Of a stretch of 50,424 nucleotides of DNA, positions 27,313 to 36,107 are shown piece by piece. Both the position numbers and the translations under genes were made by a program. Source of the stretch: a virus (Duplodnaviria; Caudoviricetes). The stretch is taken from positions 1 to 50,424 of the IMG/VR virus record IMGVR_UViG_3300037705_000022; one strand, given 5' to 3'. The stretch's first letter is position 1; each line of letters begins with the position of its first letter. The notes below the pieces were generated by a model. That model saw nothing but the letters and a program-made list of their open reading frames with translations, had not been told where the DNA came from and searched no databases.

Positions 27313-28500
27313 TCACGCCTCTCGCCCCAGGAACGAGATAAAGGTACACGTCGACGCGTCTGGAATTGTGATTACATCGCTCAGCCCTGTGCCTCGTGTG
27401 CGCTTGTATTTAGCCAATCGAGCGACAGTGACTTCGATCACGCCGTCATTATCCGCAGTCAGCGTGATCGGCTTCGCGTCATACGATCGACCGGTATCAC
27501 TCGTTGGCACGGCAACCATCTGCAGCGTGACAATTGCCCCAGGCTCGGCCGCGAGCAGCTCGTCATAGCACGTCATGCTGAGCGTCGATTGTGCTGGGTT
27601 AGCCGCGGGCGTGATTACAATCGCCGTCATACTGTACGTCGCTGCTTCCGTGCCGTTGACGACCAGCGTTGTGCCTGCGTACGAGTAGCCTGATTTACTG
27701 ATCGATACCGCGTAAGTCGCATCATCGAGATTAAACACAGCCACGCCGCTTGCGTTCGTCAATGAGGCAAACGTGTTGATCCCCTCTGTCATTCGGACAA
27801 TCGCGTTTTGCAGCGCAGCCGCCCCGTCGTTGACCGTAACCGTGATCGTGCGTGCCCCGGCTCCGGCTCCTACGTTTAGATCGTTAACAACGCTAGTGAG
27901 GCCCGTAAGAATGGCCCCTACTTCCGTGTCGATGTATCCTGCGATTGTACTCTGATTCGCAACGGTTGCATCACCAACTGTCGCCGGAAACGTCGCCGCA
28001 AGAAATCCTGTTGGCTGCGCGTAGCTGGCCATTCGTGTCGTAATGGCCGCGTCGAGTCGAGCGAGTAGCGTATCAAGATCCAACCCACCAGCGTCACTGA
28101 TCGGCAATCCACCAGCGGCATCGGCGGCAGCATTTGGAGCGTACGCGACTTGGTTGTTCACATCAACCAGATTGACCTGTCGTGAAACCGTGCGGCACCC
28201 CGCAGCCTTGAGCGTGATCACAACCTCGAACGCACCAGTTGCAAACGCACCATCGGGCACATCGCACCGATACACGCCAGGCTGATTGGTATCGTCCACC
28301 AGGATAAACCCGCCGCTCGAATAGGCTGCGGATGCTGACGCCAGCGTGGCCATCGTGATCGCAACCCGTGCTCCTCTTGAGCGTGAGTAGGAGCCTGTCA
28401 CGTCGGTGTAGACTATACCAGTCTTGGGAAGCCCTGTTGTCGAACCTACGAACTCCAAAAACAGGCTGTTGCTAGTGGCACCTTTGAAAATATCGGTCAT
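27313..28500 (-). CDS. Probable virion accessory protein with prealbumin/Ig-like beta domains
   Basis: Thr/Ala-rich; LQNAIV...TNASG.A.F.L..ATY.V.ISKSGY pattern. Confidence 0.55.
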   Translation of the reverse strand: MTDIFKGATSNSLFLEFVGSTTGLPKTGIVYTDVTGSYSRSRGARVAITMATLASASAAYSSGGFILVDDTNQPGVYRCDVPDGAFATGAFEVVITLKAAGCRTVSRQVNLVDVNNQVAYAPNAAADAAGGLPISDAGGLDLDTLLARLDAAITTRMASYAQPTGFLAATFPATVGDATVANQSTIAGYIDTEVGAILTGLTSVVNDLNVGAGAGARTITVTVNDGAAALQNAIVRMTEGINTFASLTNASGVAVFNLDDATYAVSISKSGYSYAGTTLVVNGTEAATYSMTAIVITPAANPAQSTLSMTCYDELLAAEPGAIVTLQMVAVPTSDTGRSYDAKPITLTADNDGVIEVTVARLAKYKRTRGTGLSDVITIPDASTCTFISFLGREA

Positions 28501-29618
28501 TGAAAACCCCCGCTGAGATTACCGCCGCCGATCATACCGCCACTACCACCGCCACCAGGATCGTAGAATGGAACATTGGTGTTTGTTGTGTCTGTCCCTG
28601 CCCCTAATGATTTTGGATAACTGCCAGACTCGGCGGAAATAATTACGATAGCAGGGGCGGTTGACGAGACTCCAAAAGCACCAGCCGTATTGCCAGTCGC
28701 CAAGGCGATAAACGCAATGCCGGCGGCAGAAACAATAACGCCGTGGGCAGCGGAGGTAGTGCCTCCAGTGGCACTTCCATTAAACTTACCTCCACCGCTG
28801 ACCTGTGCTCCATACGCATTACTGGCACTACCGCCGGTGGCGTTGCCATTCATTATGCCGCCCGACGCTAGAGACACCGCCACCTCTCCACCCACGGTCC
28901 CGCCGGTGGCGTTGCCATTCATTATGCCGCCGTTAGTGACTAGACAGCCGAAGGCTCCGGAAACTCCAGCATGGGCGTTTCCGTTCATTATCCCGCCCGC
29001 CGAAATTTGCACTCCATGTGCATTTCCTACGCTGCCTCCTGTAGCGTCGCCATTCAAGGCACCGCCAGATAATAGATTCACACCGTGAGCACTGCTGGCA
29101 CTGCCGCCCGTCGCGTCGCCGTTCATTACTCCACCATTAATGACAGCACCGTAAGCACCACCGCCATTGCCACCCGTAGCGTTTCCATTTAGTGCCCCGC
29201 CGACGTTGGCGTTGGTCCCAGCTCGGCTGAATCCGTTACCACCAGTCGAATTTCCGGTATGCGTACTTGAGATATCAAGAACTGTGCCATATCGCGTATT
29301 AGTTGTATCACTCCCGAAACTATCTCCAACCTGTTCCGCACCGCCGCTCAAGGTGAGGCAGTTAGTCGTTCCTCCATACGAATCAGCAGTCACAACCACA
29401 GCCGTTGAAGCTGTGAATGATCCACCAGCAACTGCCGTTGTACCAACGCGGGTTTTCAAATCTGCAACTGTGATGTTCATATCAATCGTGATCGCTAAAC
29501 CATTCGCCAGAACAGAGTCTCCAGCCTGCGGGGCCATTCCATACGCAGAGCCATCCGCGTCGTTGTTCCACGTCCGCGTTGACCATGCTCCTGCCGCTGT
29601 TGGGTAGACGGTTGCCAC
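28497..29618 (-). CDS. Gly-rich repeat protein (putative beta-solenoid fibre/adhesin)
   Basis: Tandem ~24-aa units GGx[ML]NG[ND]ATGG. Confidence 0.65.
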   Translation of the reverse strand: MATVYPTAAGAWSTRTWNNDADGSAYGMAPQAGDSVLANGLAITIDMNITVADLKTRVGTTAVAGGSFTASTAVVVTADSYGGTTNCLTLSGGAEQVGDSFGSDTTNTRYGTVLDISSTHTGNSTGGNGFSRAGTNANVGGALNGNATGGNGGGAYGAVINGGVMNGDATGGSASSAHGVNLLSGGALNGDATGGSVGNAHGVQISAGGIMNGNAHAGVSGAFGCLVTNGGIMNGNATGGTVGGEVAVSLASGGIMNGNATGGSASNAYGAQVSGGGKFNGSATGGTTSAAHGVIVSAAGIAFIALATGNTAGAFGVSSTAPAIVIISAESGSYPKSLGAGTDTTNTNVPFYDPGGGGSGGMIGGGNLSGGFQ

Positions 29619-30247
29619 TAGCTGGCCTCCAACGAATCAGCCGCAGCACGTAATGCGATTACTAACGCAGCACGATCACCGAGTGACAGAGCAGAGTTAA
29701 TGCCGCCCTCATTTTGCAGCGCGGCCCAATCTGAATTGAGCGTGTCGATATCTACTCGTGATTGGTACTCAGCCCGTGACGCGGTCACGTCTTGCTCGGT
29801 TACTCCTGCGTAAATCTTGCCGCCTGTGATCGCGTCCATGCGAGCTTGCACGTATGCTGAATCGCCGTGGAGTTGACCAACGACTTGCGTTAGTGCGGTC
29901 GCGAGAAAACCCGTCTTAGGGTTGCCGTGCGTAAACACGGGCCGGTTGGAAATCTGCAGCTGAGTGAGCAACAACTCAAATCCGGCTTTCAGTTCTGCAT
30001 TCACGTCCGGTTGCTCGAAGTAATCGACCAGTGGCCCTTTCCAAGTAGCGTTACTTCCAATCCTCAACACCTCAAAGTCAGCAGCTAGTAGGTGTAGCAA
30101 GTCATGGTCCGACGTCGGAGAGACTGAGCCTGTTGCCATGATGTCACGCTTGTGACGTGGATCGGCCGCAAGTGTAGCGGCAATCTCTGTGTCCGTTTTT
30201 CTTTCGTCTTCGAGCGTCTTGACGAGTTTTAGGTAGTCGAGTTTCAT
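29618..30247 (-). CDS. Hypothetical protein
   Basis: 209-aa ORF abutting the fibre gene. Confidence 0.65.
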   Translation of the reverse strand: MKLDYLKLVKTLEDERKTDTEIAATLAADPRHKRDIMATGSVSPTSDHDLLHLLAADFEVLRIGSNATWKGPLVDYFEQPDVNAELKAGFELLLTQLQISNRPVFTHGNPKTGFLATALTQVVGQLHGDSAYVQARMDAITGGKIYAGVTEQDVTASRAEYQSRVDIDTLNSDWAALQNEGGINSALSLGDRAALVIALRAAADSLEAS

Positions 30248-30370
30248 GTTTGGTTATCCGTCTTCAGTTTTTCGGTTACTTCTAACGCGGCTCGATCCGC
30301 TCTGGATCGTTCATCCGCAGCACCTTTCAGGCTACCGGATACTGCCGCTTCATCAAAACGAGTTTGTCCA

Positions 30371-30829
30371 TCACTTATCCTCCACAACAGGTTTCGAGAA
30401 ACGATCCAACGCCTCTTCGATGTGTGATAAATCAGATTCTATCTCTTCAAAGCAGCCAAGCTTCTTCGCGATCGCCCGGAGGATTTTCAAATAACGATGC
30501 CAGATCATCTTGAAATGTTCCATGTTATTTGCAGTCTGATCCAGTTTTTGGCCGAGCTTGACAACGTGTGAATCAACTTTGTTGGTTGCAACCACGTTTG
30601 CCTGAGTGGCCGCGACTCCTTGCTGAAGTGCCCGCGTTTGCTCGTCCATCGCGGTAATCATCTTCGTTGCTATTCGTGTGATGATTCCGTTCTGTTCATC
30701 AAATAACCGACGCATCAAGTAGCGAACAGTGACGCCAATTCCAAACAGTACAGACATTAGAAAAAACAGCAGGATACCAACCATCCCAATTTCGCTGAGC
30801 CTGCCCGATGCTTCCAGTGCGTCACTCAT
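30371..30829 (-). CDS. Membrane protein (one TM plus coiled coil), holin-like candidate
   Basis: IGMVGILLFFLMSVLFGIGVTV followed by a helical domain. Confidence 0.5.
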   Translation of the reverse strand: MSDALEASGRLSEIGMVGILLFFLMSVLFGIGVTVRYLMRRLFDEQNGIITRIATKMITAMDEQTRALQQGVAATQANVVATNKVDSHVVKLGQKLDQTANNMEHFKMIWHRYLKILRAIAKKLGCFEEIESDLSHIEEALDRFSKPVVEDK

Positions 30830-30856
30830 CGTTTCTCTGCCTCATGTTGATACTCA

Positions 30857-31375
30857 CTAGTCAGTAACGAAGCCGGGCTTTATCCACGCTTCGACATCGT
30901 AATCTACTTCCGGTCTCGGTTGCACTGGCACAACAGGATCTGGCTTCAGACCTTCCCCAATCAAGTAACCTGCTGTCCCTAATCCTAACAGACTACTTGC
31001 TCCGATGATCGCGGGTCCAAGCCAGTTATTTGCAGATGCCGGAACTGTTGGTTGTGGAGCCGGAGTATTGTCAGGAAGTTGCACGTTGTACCTGTTTCCG
31101 ATACTGACTCCCATCTCTGAATCTTCTATCTTTTTGATATCGAATTCACCTTTATCGCCAGTGACGGCAAATCTCTGCGCTGCTTCGGCAAGTGCTATAC
31201 CCCGGACCATCTTAGCCACCATGACTCCTTGATGCGCGATCCGTGCATCCATAGCCTCGTGAGTGTGACGCATCCATTCTGCTGCATTCTCGATCTTCGT
31301 GTCGATGTCGAAGTAGACATCAGGTGATGTCGAACTTTCCGAGTTCTCTGGCTGCGTAGCTGGTCCACCACTCAT
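30857..31375 (-). CDS. Membrane-anchored hypothetical protein
   Basis: C-terminal TM WLGPAIIGASSLLGLGTAGYLI; start uncertain. Confidence 0.55.
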   Translation of the reverse strand: MSGGPATQPENSESSTSPDVYFDIDTKIENAAEWMRHTHEAMDARIAHQGVMVAKMVRGIALAEAAQRFAVTGDKGEFDIKKIEDSEMGVSIGNRYNVQLPDNTPAPQPTVPASANNWLGPAIIGASSLLGLGTAGYLIGEGLKPDPVVPVQPRPEVDYDVEAWIKPGFVTD

Positions 31376-31517
31376 TGAACGTTCCGTTCTCGTAGGCAAT
31401 GTCCATTTCCTTAGAGTCCTTCGTAAAGTCCTCCGCTGACTGAGCACCAATCGCGTAAAGTTCGGCTAGATGCTCTTCACCTTGATTGCTTGCTGGCAAG
31501 TCTTCGGCCAATGGCAT
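31320..31517 (-). CDS. Small acidic hypothetical protein
   Basis: GGAG RBS; operon orientation. Confidence 0.5.
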   Translation of the reverse strand: MPLAEDLPASNQGEEHLAELYAIGAQSAEDFTKDSKEMDIAYENGTFNEWWTSYAARELGKFDIT

Positions 31518-31734
31518 TCTCTAGCTCCAACTGATCCAAACGTGCGGCTAACTTCTGACGCTCTGCTTCGATCTGCCTTCCGACGTCTGCAACGCGAAGC
31601 GCCTCTGACCGATAGTGATCGACCTGCCTTCGCAGTTCGATATTCTCGGTTAGTATTCGTTCGCGTTCGGCCTGTTTGACCGCCTCAAGCTCACTCTTGA
31701 GACGATCAACTTCCACTTGAAGATCGTCAGTCAT
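31477..31734 (-). CDS. Small coiled-coil protein
   Basis: Heptad pattern. Confidence 0.55.
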   Translation of the reverse strand: MTDDLQVEVDRLKSELEAVKQAERERILTENIELRRQVDHYRSEALRVADVGRQIEAERQKLAARLDQLELENAIGRRLASKQSR

Positions 31735-31736
31735 AT

Positions 31737-32045
31737 CTAACCCTTAGCGGCAGCAGCACCGCTCAGCGGAATGCCGAGTTGACCGGATTGGCTGGCGACT
31801 TCACGAATTCCGAGAGACTGAGCAAGCGTCACAGAGTCACGGTTGCGCTCGTAATTCAGGTCGAGGATCTTGTTGTATTGCTGGTTGTGTTCGGCACCGG
31901 CGACGCCAGCTTGTGCAATTCTCGATAGGTTTTGTTCGTGCATCGAAACAGGAATATCAGTCATCTCTTCATCTCCGTTAGGGGTTTCTACATCTACCTC
32001 AACTACGTTGTCGAGGATATCGTCGTTTGGGTCAGGCTCGGGCAT
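31737..32045 (-). CDS. Hypothetical protein
   Basis: TAATG-coupled to the protease gene. Confidence 0.55.
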   Translation of the reverse strand: MPEPDPNDDILDNVVEVDVETPNGDEEMTDIPVSMHEQNLSRIAQAGVAGAEHNQQYNKILDLNYERNRDSVTLAQSLGIREVASQSGQLGIPLSGAAAAKG

Positions 32046-33409
32046 TACTTCCCGGCCTCTTCGAGGGCCTGTGCGACGGCACTCTTAATCAGGTTTACAT
32101 CGATTTGCACTCTCATTTTCAGCTTGTCACCGAGCCGCACGCCTCCAGGAATCTCGTCAATCACGTTGCGATTCTCGTCGACCCATTGTGGGAAGAACGG
32201 CGGGAGTTTTGCGACCAGTGCATCAATGTCAATATTGTCCGCGGTTGCATCAATCCCGTCAATTCCATTCGTGCCGTCGCTTCCGTTTTCCCCAGGATCG
32301 CCCTTCAGTAACGCGATCAACTCCGGCGACGATTTGAATTTGATTATCAACGACGTGACGATGTCTTCCGTTGTCGGATGTTCACACTCGCATTCTTTCG
32401 CCGGTGTCGTTGGTTGAATCGGGACTGTTGGATTCGGTCGATCTGGTGGCACCCAAGGCTTTTGTTCCGGTGTTGTCGGGCGTTGTGGAGGGTACAGGTC
32501 GGCTTCTGAGATTCCTCCACCCATTCCACCACCACCGTGCTGGCAGTTTCCGCCACTACATTGGACTGTATGTAGCCGTTCAGAAAACTCTCTGATTGCC
32601 TTGGTTTGTGCTGAGTTGCATGTGGTGAACACGTCATAACGCTGGCCCTGGCGGTTGCTGATTGCGCCCATCGAATCGCCGCCAGTTGACGAGATTCCTA
32701 CCACGGTGCCATTGTAAATCCACGGTCCACCACTGTCGCCGTTGGTGACTTTGCCATTGCCTGTTACAAGGCTTTGACCACGTTCTGTGACTCTCGCTTC
32801 AAAATGTCGGAAATCGTGCGATGGTCCTCCGAAGCCGCAAACTTCAAATGCTGGGTATAGATTCCCATCAGCGATAGGGACCGGCGTAATACCTTCGACT
32901 TCACCGATGAGGATTGCGGCGATGTCGTTGATATGACGTTCTCGCGGCGAGTAGCCTCGGTCATAAGTTGTCGTCCCGGTGAACTGGCGACCATCCTGAA
33001 ATGTGACGGTCGCTGTTTTGCTCCTGGTGACGTGTGCGGCGGTAAGAACGAATGACAAATCCTTGTGTCGAACGTAGCAGCCGGAACCTCCTGCCTGACC
33101 TGACTTGACCTTTACAACCGCGGAGTGGTAATCGGCTGGCTGCGTCCATTCGTACAATTCGGCTTGTGCGGTTGAAACGAGAAGCAAGAGGATTGCGATG
33201 ACGTTGGTAAACGGTTGAATTGCGGCTACCATCATTTCAGACATTGGCCCCGTATGTGGACGTCGCCCACTGCCATTACAATATGAGCACGGAGCCGGAG
33301 CGTACTGAAGGGAACACTCGGTCACAGATGCCGTAATTCCCGACGGAGGCATTGCCTTGCCAGTGCCCATACAAGCAGGGCAACGATTGCGTGCATTGAT
33401 TGTACTCAT
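32045..33409 (-). CDS. Exported trypsin-like (S1) serine protease with Pro-rich linker and short collagen-like tract
   Basis: VLTAAH, NDIAAI, GDSGGP triad motifs; signal-like IAILLLLVSTAQA; GDPGENGSDGTNGIDG. Confidence 0.85.
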   Translation of the reverse strand: MSTINARNRCPACMGTGKAMPPSGITASVTECSLQYAPAPCSYCNGSGRRPHTGPMSEMMVAAIQPFTNVIAILLLLVSTAQAELYEWTQPADYHSAVVKVKSGQAGGSGCYVRHKDLSFVLTAAHVTRSKTATVTFQDGRQFTGTTTYDRGYSPRERHINDIAAILIGEVEGITPVPIADGNLYPAFEVCGFGGPSHDFRHFEARVTERGQSLVTGNGKVTNGDSGGPWIYNGTVVGISSTGGDSMGAISNRQGQRYDVFTTCNSAQTKAIREFSERLHTVQCSGGNCQHGGGGMGGGISEADLYPPQRPTTPEQKPWVPPDRPNPTVPIQPTTPAKECECEHPTTEDIVTSLIIKFKSSPELIALLKGDPGENGSDGTNGIDGIDATADNIDIDALVAKLPPFFPQWVDENRNVIDEIPGGVRLGDKLKMRVQIDVNLIKSAVAQALEEAGK

Positions 33410-33594
33410 TACTGGCTGACCTCAGTGATAAAAATCGATTGGCTGGAATGAACGTACATGCCGACACTTTCTCCGCCCCTTAAAGTGGCTTTGTCACCAC
33501 CTTTTATTTTCTGTCCGTCTGGTGTTTTCACCTCAACTTTAACAACCGCGGTTTCTCGTGTGTCTTCATTTACAATATTAATACGGATTGTCAC
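33409..33594 (-). CDS. Small hypothetical protein
   Basis: GTG start after AGGAGA; TAATG-coupled to the protease gene. Confidence 0.55.
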   Translation of the reverse strand: MTIRINIVNEDTRETAVVKVEVKTPDGQKIKGGDKATLRGGESVGMYVHSSQSIFITEVSQ

Positions 33595-34084
33595 GATTAT
33601 TCTCCTGACTAGGAACGAACTGATAAGTCGATCGAGATGATAACCCTGTAATATGCGACCATGTCTTGCCTTGACAAACACTAGATATACATTCTCTTGT
33701 AACTCCAAATTGATCAGCAATGGCTTGTTGAGTAACTCCGATAGATCGCAATTGTAGAATCTCTTTCACGCCGTCAGATGTTAGCTTGTTTTTGCTCGGC
33801 TTGAATTGGATTCCAGTTACTTCTCCCCAGTGTCGCCCTGTTACAACATACGAAATTGCTGATTGCCCTACGCCGAACCGTGCGGCGATCTCATCTTGTG
33901 GAATACCTGATCGAAATTCATTGACAATTTCACAAGCAGAAGCGGCCGTAAGTTTCGACTTGTAATGATCCTCGCATTTTGGATTCCGACGTCTCTCAAC
34001 CTTATCACGAGCGTTGTCTTGATGCGTACCAAGCCTCAAATGATCGGGGTTTACGCACCCTGGCGTGTCGCAACTATGAAGCAC
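33578..34084 (-). CDS. HNH homing endonuclease with two C-terminal HTH repeats, probably N-terminally truncated
   Basis: LHSCDTPGCVNPDHLRLGTHQDN; two KLT...IA..FGV...IS....G..W repeats. Confidence 0.8.
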   Translation of the reverse strand: MLHSCDTPGCVNPDHLRLGTHQDNARDKVERRRNPKCEDHYKSKLTAASACEIVNEFRSGIPQDEIAARFGVGQSAISYVVTGRHWGEVTGIQFKPSKNKLTSDGVKEILQLRSIGVTQQAIADQFGVTRECISSVCQGKTWSHITGLSSRSTYQFVPSQENNRDNPY

Positions 34085-34114
34085 ACACAGCCCTTCAGTT
34101 AGATGATAGCACTT

Positions 34115-34687
34115 TCAATCCTCCATCCCACAAGCTTTGATTGAATCAACCACACTCAAAATAGCTACATCGAAATCAAGCTGAGCGCTGCCGAGGCTCG
34201 ACACTGGCATCGTAGCGATACTGGAGACGCCTTGGTTCATCGAGATCGACGACTCACCTGTTGCTATCGCCTGGAAGTGAAGTAAGGCGAAACGCTCCGG
34301 GGTGAGATTGCCGATTGGTCGACCAACCTTCGAGGCCGGGAATGCGGCGCCTGAAAGGTTGACGAGCGTGCCGGCCTCGTTATCGAGTGTCCCACCTTGA
34401 GCTATCGGAAGATTAGGTGTTATCAGTGAGGTAAGATCGAATGGGTCATCAACTTCTTTGAGGACGTTTGAGTTCCAAGCAATGTCGAGAGAGACACCCT
34501 GAAGTCCAGAAAATCCAGGATGGTGTTCTCGTACGGTAATCTCGGCGAATAACGTGTCGCCAACTTCGACCGTGTCACCAGTAATTAGAACACCGGGATG
34601 ACCGCCAATGTCCTCAAAGAGATTCACATCGAACGACGCAACTGCCGCTGCGATTCGTGGTTCGAGTTTCTCAAAGCCCAGCCTCAC
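34115..34687 (-). CDS. Planctomycete-extracellular (LEPR-type) N-terminal motif plus cohesin-like domain
   Basis: MRLGFEKLEPRIAAA; GVSLDIAWNSNVL, GTLDNEAGTL, FALLHFQAIATG. Confidence 0.7.
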   Translation of the reverse strand: MRLGFEKLEPRIAAAVASFDVNLFEDIGGHPGVLITGDTVEVGDTLFAEITVREHHPGFSGLQGVSLDIAWNSNVLKEVDDPFDLTSLITPNLPIAQGGTLDNEAGTLVNLSGAAFPASKVGRPIGNLTPERFALLHFQAIATGESSISMNQGVSSIATMPVSSLGSAQLDFDVAILSVVDSIKACGMED

Positions 34688-34816
34688 TTAATGCCGTTCC
34701 TTTCTTTCGTAGCGTGCTCCGCTTTTACTTGTTTCTCCGCCAATGACTCACCGTCAACGTAGACGTGACCTAGAATCCTACCGAACGAAAACACGTCGTC
34801 TAATCGCCTTACGTTG
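34684..34816 (-). pseudogene. 3' fragment of a thermonuclease (SNase)-like gene interrupted by IS1595; 5' fragment at 37266-37372
   Basis: Removing the IS and one TSD rejoins ...AVLVVPLDNV|RRLDDVFSFGRILGHVYVDGESLAE in frame; the N-terminus is also damaged. Confidence 0.65.
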
Positions 34817-34875
34817 GGCACTGACTGATTAGACGCACTACCGGGAAATAATTTACGGAATTGCTTATTAGTCAC

Positions 34876-34903
34876 TTGACGCACTACCGATAGTTGCTAA
34901 AAT
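34876..34903 (+). promoter_or_regulatory. IS-internal promoter overlapping a third copy of the TIR core
   Basis: TTGACG, 16 bp, extended -10 TGcTAAAAT; GACGCACTACC at 34878-34888. Confidence 0.6.
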
Positions 34904-34988
34904 GAGGATGTAACGCGGCAACGAGCCGCAACTCGCCGACTGAGTGAGTCGGAGCCGTGGCCCGCGAAGCCACGAAAGGAGAAAGAAA

Positions 34989-35756
34989 ATGCGATACGAA
35001 CTGAATGGTGCGAACTTGGTTTTTCACGCGGAATCCGGCGATCCTTGGAAGGGGGTTCAATCCGCACAGAGAATCGAAACAATTTCCGGCGTGGAGTGCG
35101 TAACGTGCTTCGGCACTGTCCGCAACACCGACCTGAAAAAGGATGTCCGGCTGTGCGTACGGATCGACAACAAGCCTGGATTGCCAGAACTCGTTGCGGC
35201 TTGGACTGCCGCGATTAAAGCCGAGGAATCTCGAAAAGTGGCTGAGGCGACGGCCGAGCTGGACGGCATCACCAGCGGTGCGACTCCGATTACTGTGTAC
35301 TATCACGACGGTGAATACCTCAGTGGTCACACTCTCCACGGTCCAGCCGCGAACATGCTGGTTAAAATCGGCGTTGCCAAGGACGTCAGTGGCTGGGGAG
35401 TTCACGTCGATTCCAAGCTCGTCGAAGCTCTCGGTACTACCTTCACGTATCCGCAGGCTCGCGAGTTTGCATCGCCGATCATTGAGAAGATCGAAGCCGC
35501 AAAGGCCAAGGCTGCCGAGCACGATGCCGCGATCGAATTGCGCCGATCCGAGTTGCTTGCAAGCGGCAAGCGGCTTGCGACACCAAAGCAACTCGGTGTC
35601 ATCTACCGCGCCAAGAAGGATTGGTTCGACTTGTTCGACGGCGCGACCAGCTACGGCATGTATGGGCCATCGGACGATCAGCTTGCGACGATGACTATCG
35701 ATGAAGCTTCCGCTTTGGTTGGTCAGATCATGTCCGCGAGAAAGGCGGGTGAGTAA
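34989..35756 (+). CDS. IS passenger 1, hypothetical protein (255 aa)
   Basis: GAAAGGAG RBS; C-terminal ATPKQ...MT..EAS.L motif. Confidence 0.8.
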   Translation: MRYELNGANLVFHAESGDPWKGVQSAQRIETISGVECVTCFGTVRNTDLKKDVRLCVRIDNKPGLPELVAAWTAAIKAEESRKVAEATAELDGITSGATPITVYYHDGEYLSGHTLHGPAANMLVKIGVAKDVSGWGVHVDSKLVEALGTTFTYPQAREFASPIIEKIEAAKAKAAEHDAAIELRRSELLASGKRLATPKQLGVIYRAKKDWFDLFDGATSYGMYGPSDDQLATMTIDEASALVGQIMSARKAGE

Positions 35757-36026
35757 ATGAGATCGTACTATCATGCCGGTCGCGTGCTTGGACAAATGCA
35801 ATCGATGTTCGGCGGACGAATGACGCCAGTTGCGCTCGGCAACTCGGTAGCTCTGGCCAACCGCATTCCGGTTGTTCTTCGGCACCTTTGGCCGGAGGCG
35901 ATGCGAAGCGAAGACTTCGTTCTCCTGCTTTCGGAAGGTGAGCTGCCGAGCACGCCCCCGAACGGCGAGCAACAGGCGGACGTGTGGCTCGGCTTTTATC
36001 ACCGGAAACACGAACTTCGCAAGTGA
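35757..36026 (+). CDS. IS passenger 2, small helical protein resembling the Cas8c C-terminus (Cas11c)
   Basis: YYHAGRV...LP......EQQADVWLGFYHRK compared with the Cas8c pattern Y..GRLF...P....EEQ..F.LGYYHQ. Confidence 0.55.
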   Translation: MRSYYHAGRVLGQMQSMFGGRMTPVALGNSVALANRIPVVLRHLWPEAMRSEDFVLLLSEGELPSTPPNGEQQADVWLGFYHRKHELRK

Positions 36027-36107
36027 GCCTTTCGCCATCGCCGCGCCGGTGTCGCAACCGGCCCCGCAAGGGACAAGCGGCGATGGCGGCTTTTTGAAAG
36101 CGCAACA

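Noticed and set aside
28497-29618. Diversity-generating retroelement target or ice-nucleation protein
   Set aside because: No reverse transcriptase or TR/VR pair seen; the repeats are degenerate protein-level Gly-rich units without the ice-nucleation octapeptide
34684-34884. 66-aa ORF as a real gene
   Set aside because: Chimera of IS left-end sequence and the 3' fragment of the interrupted nuclease
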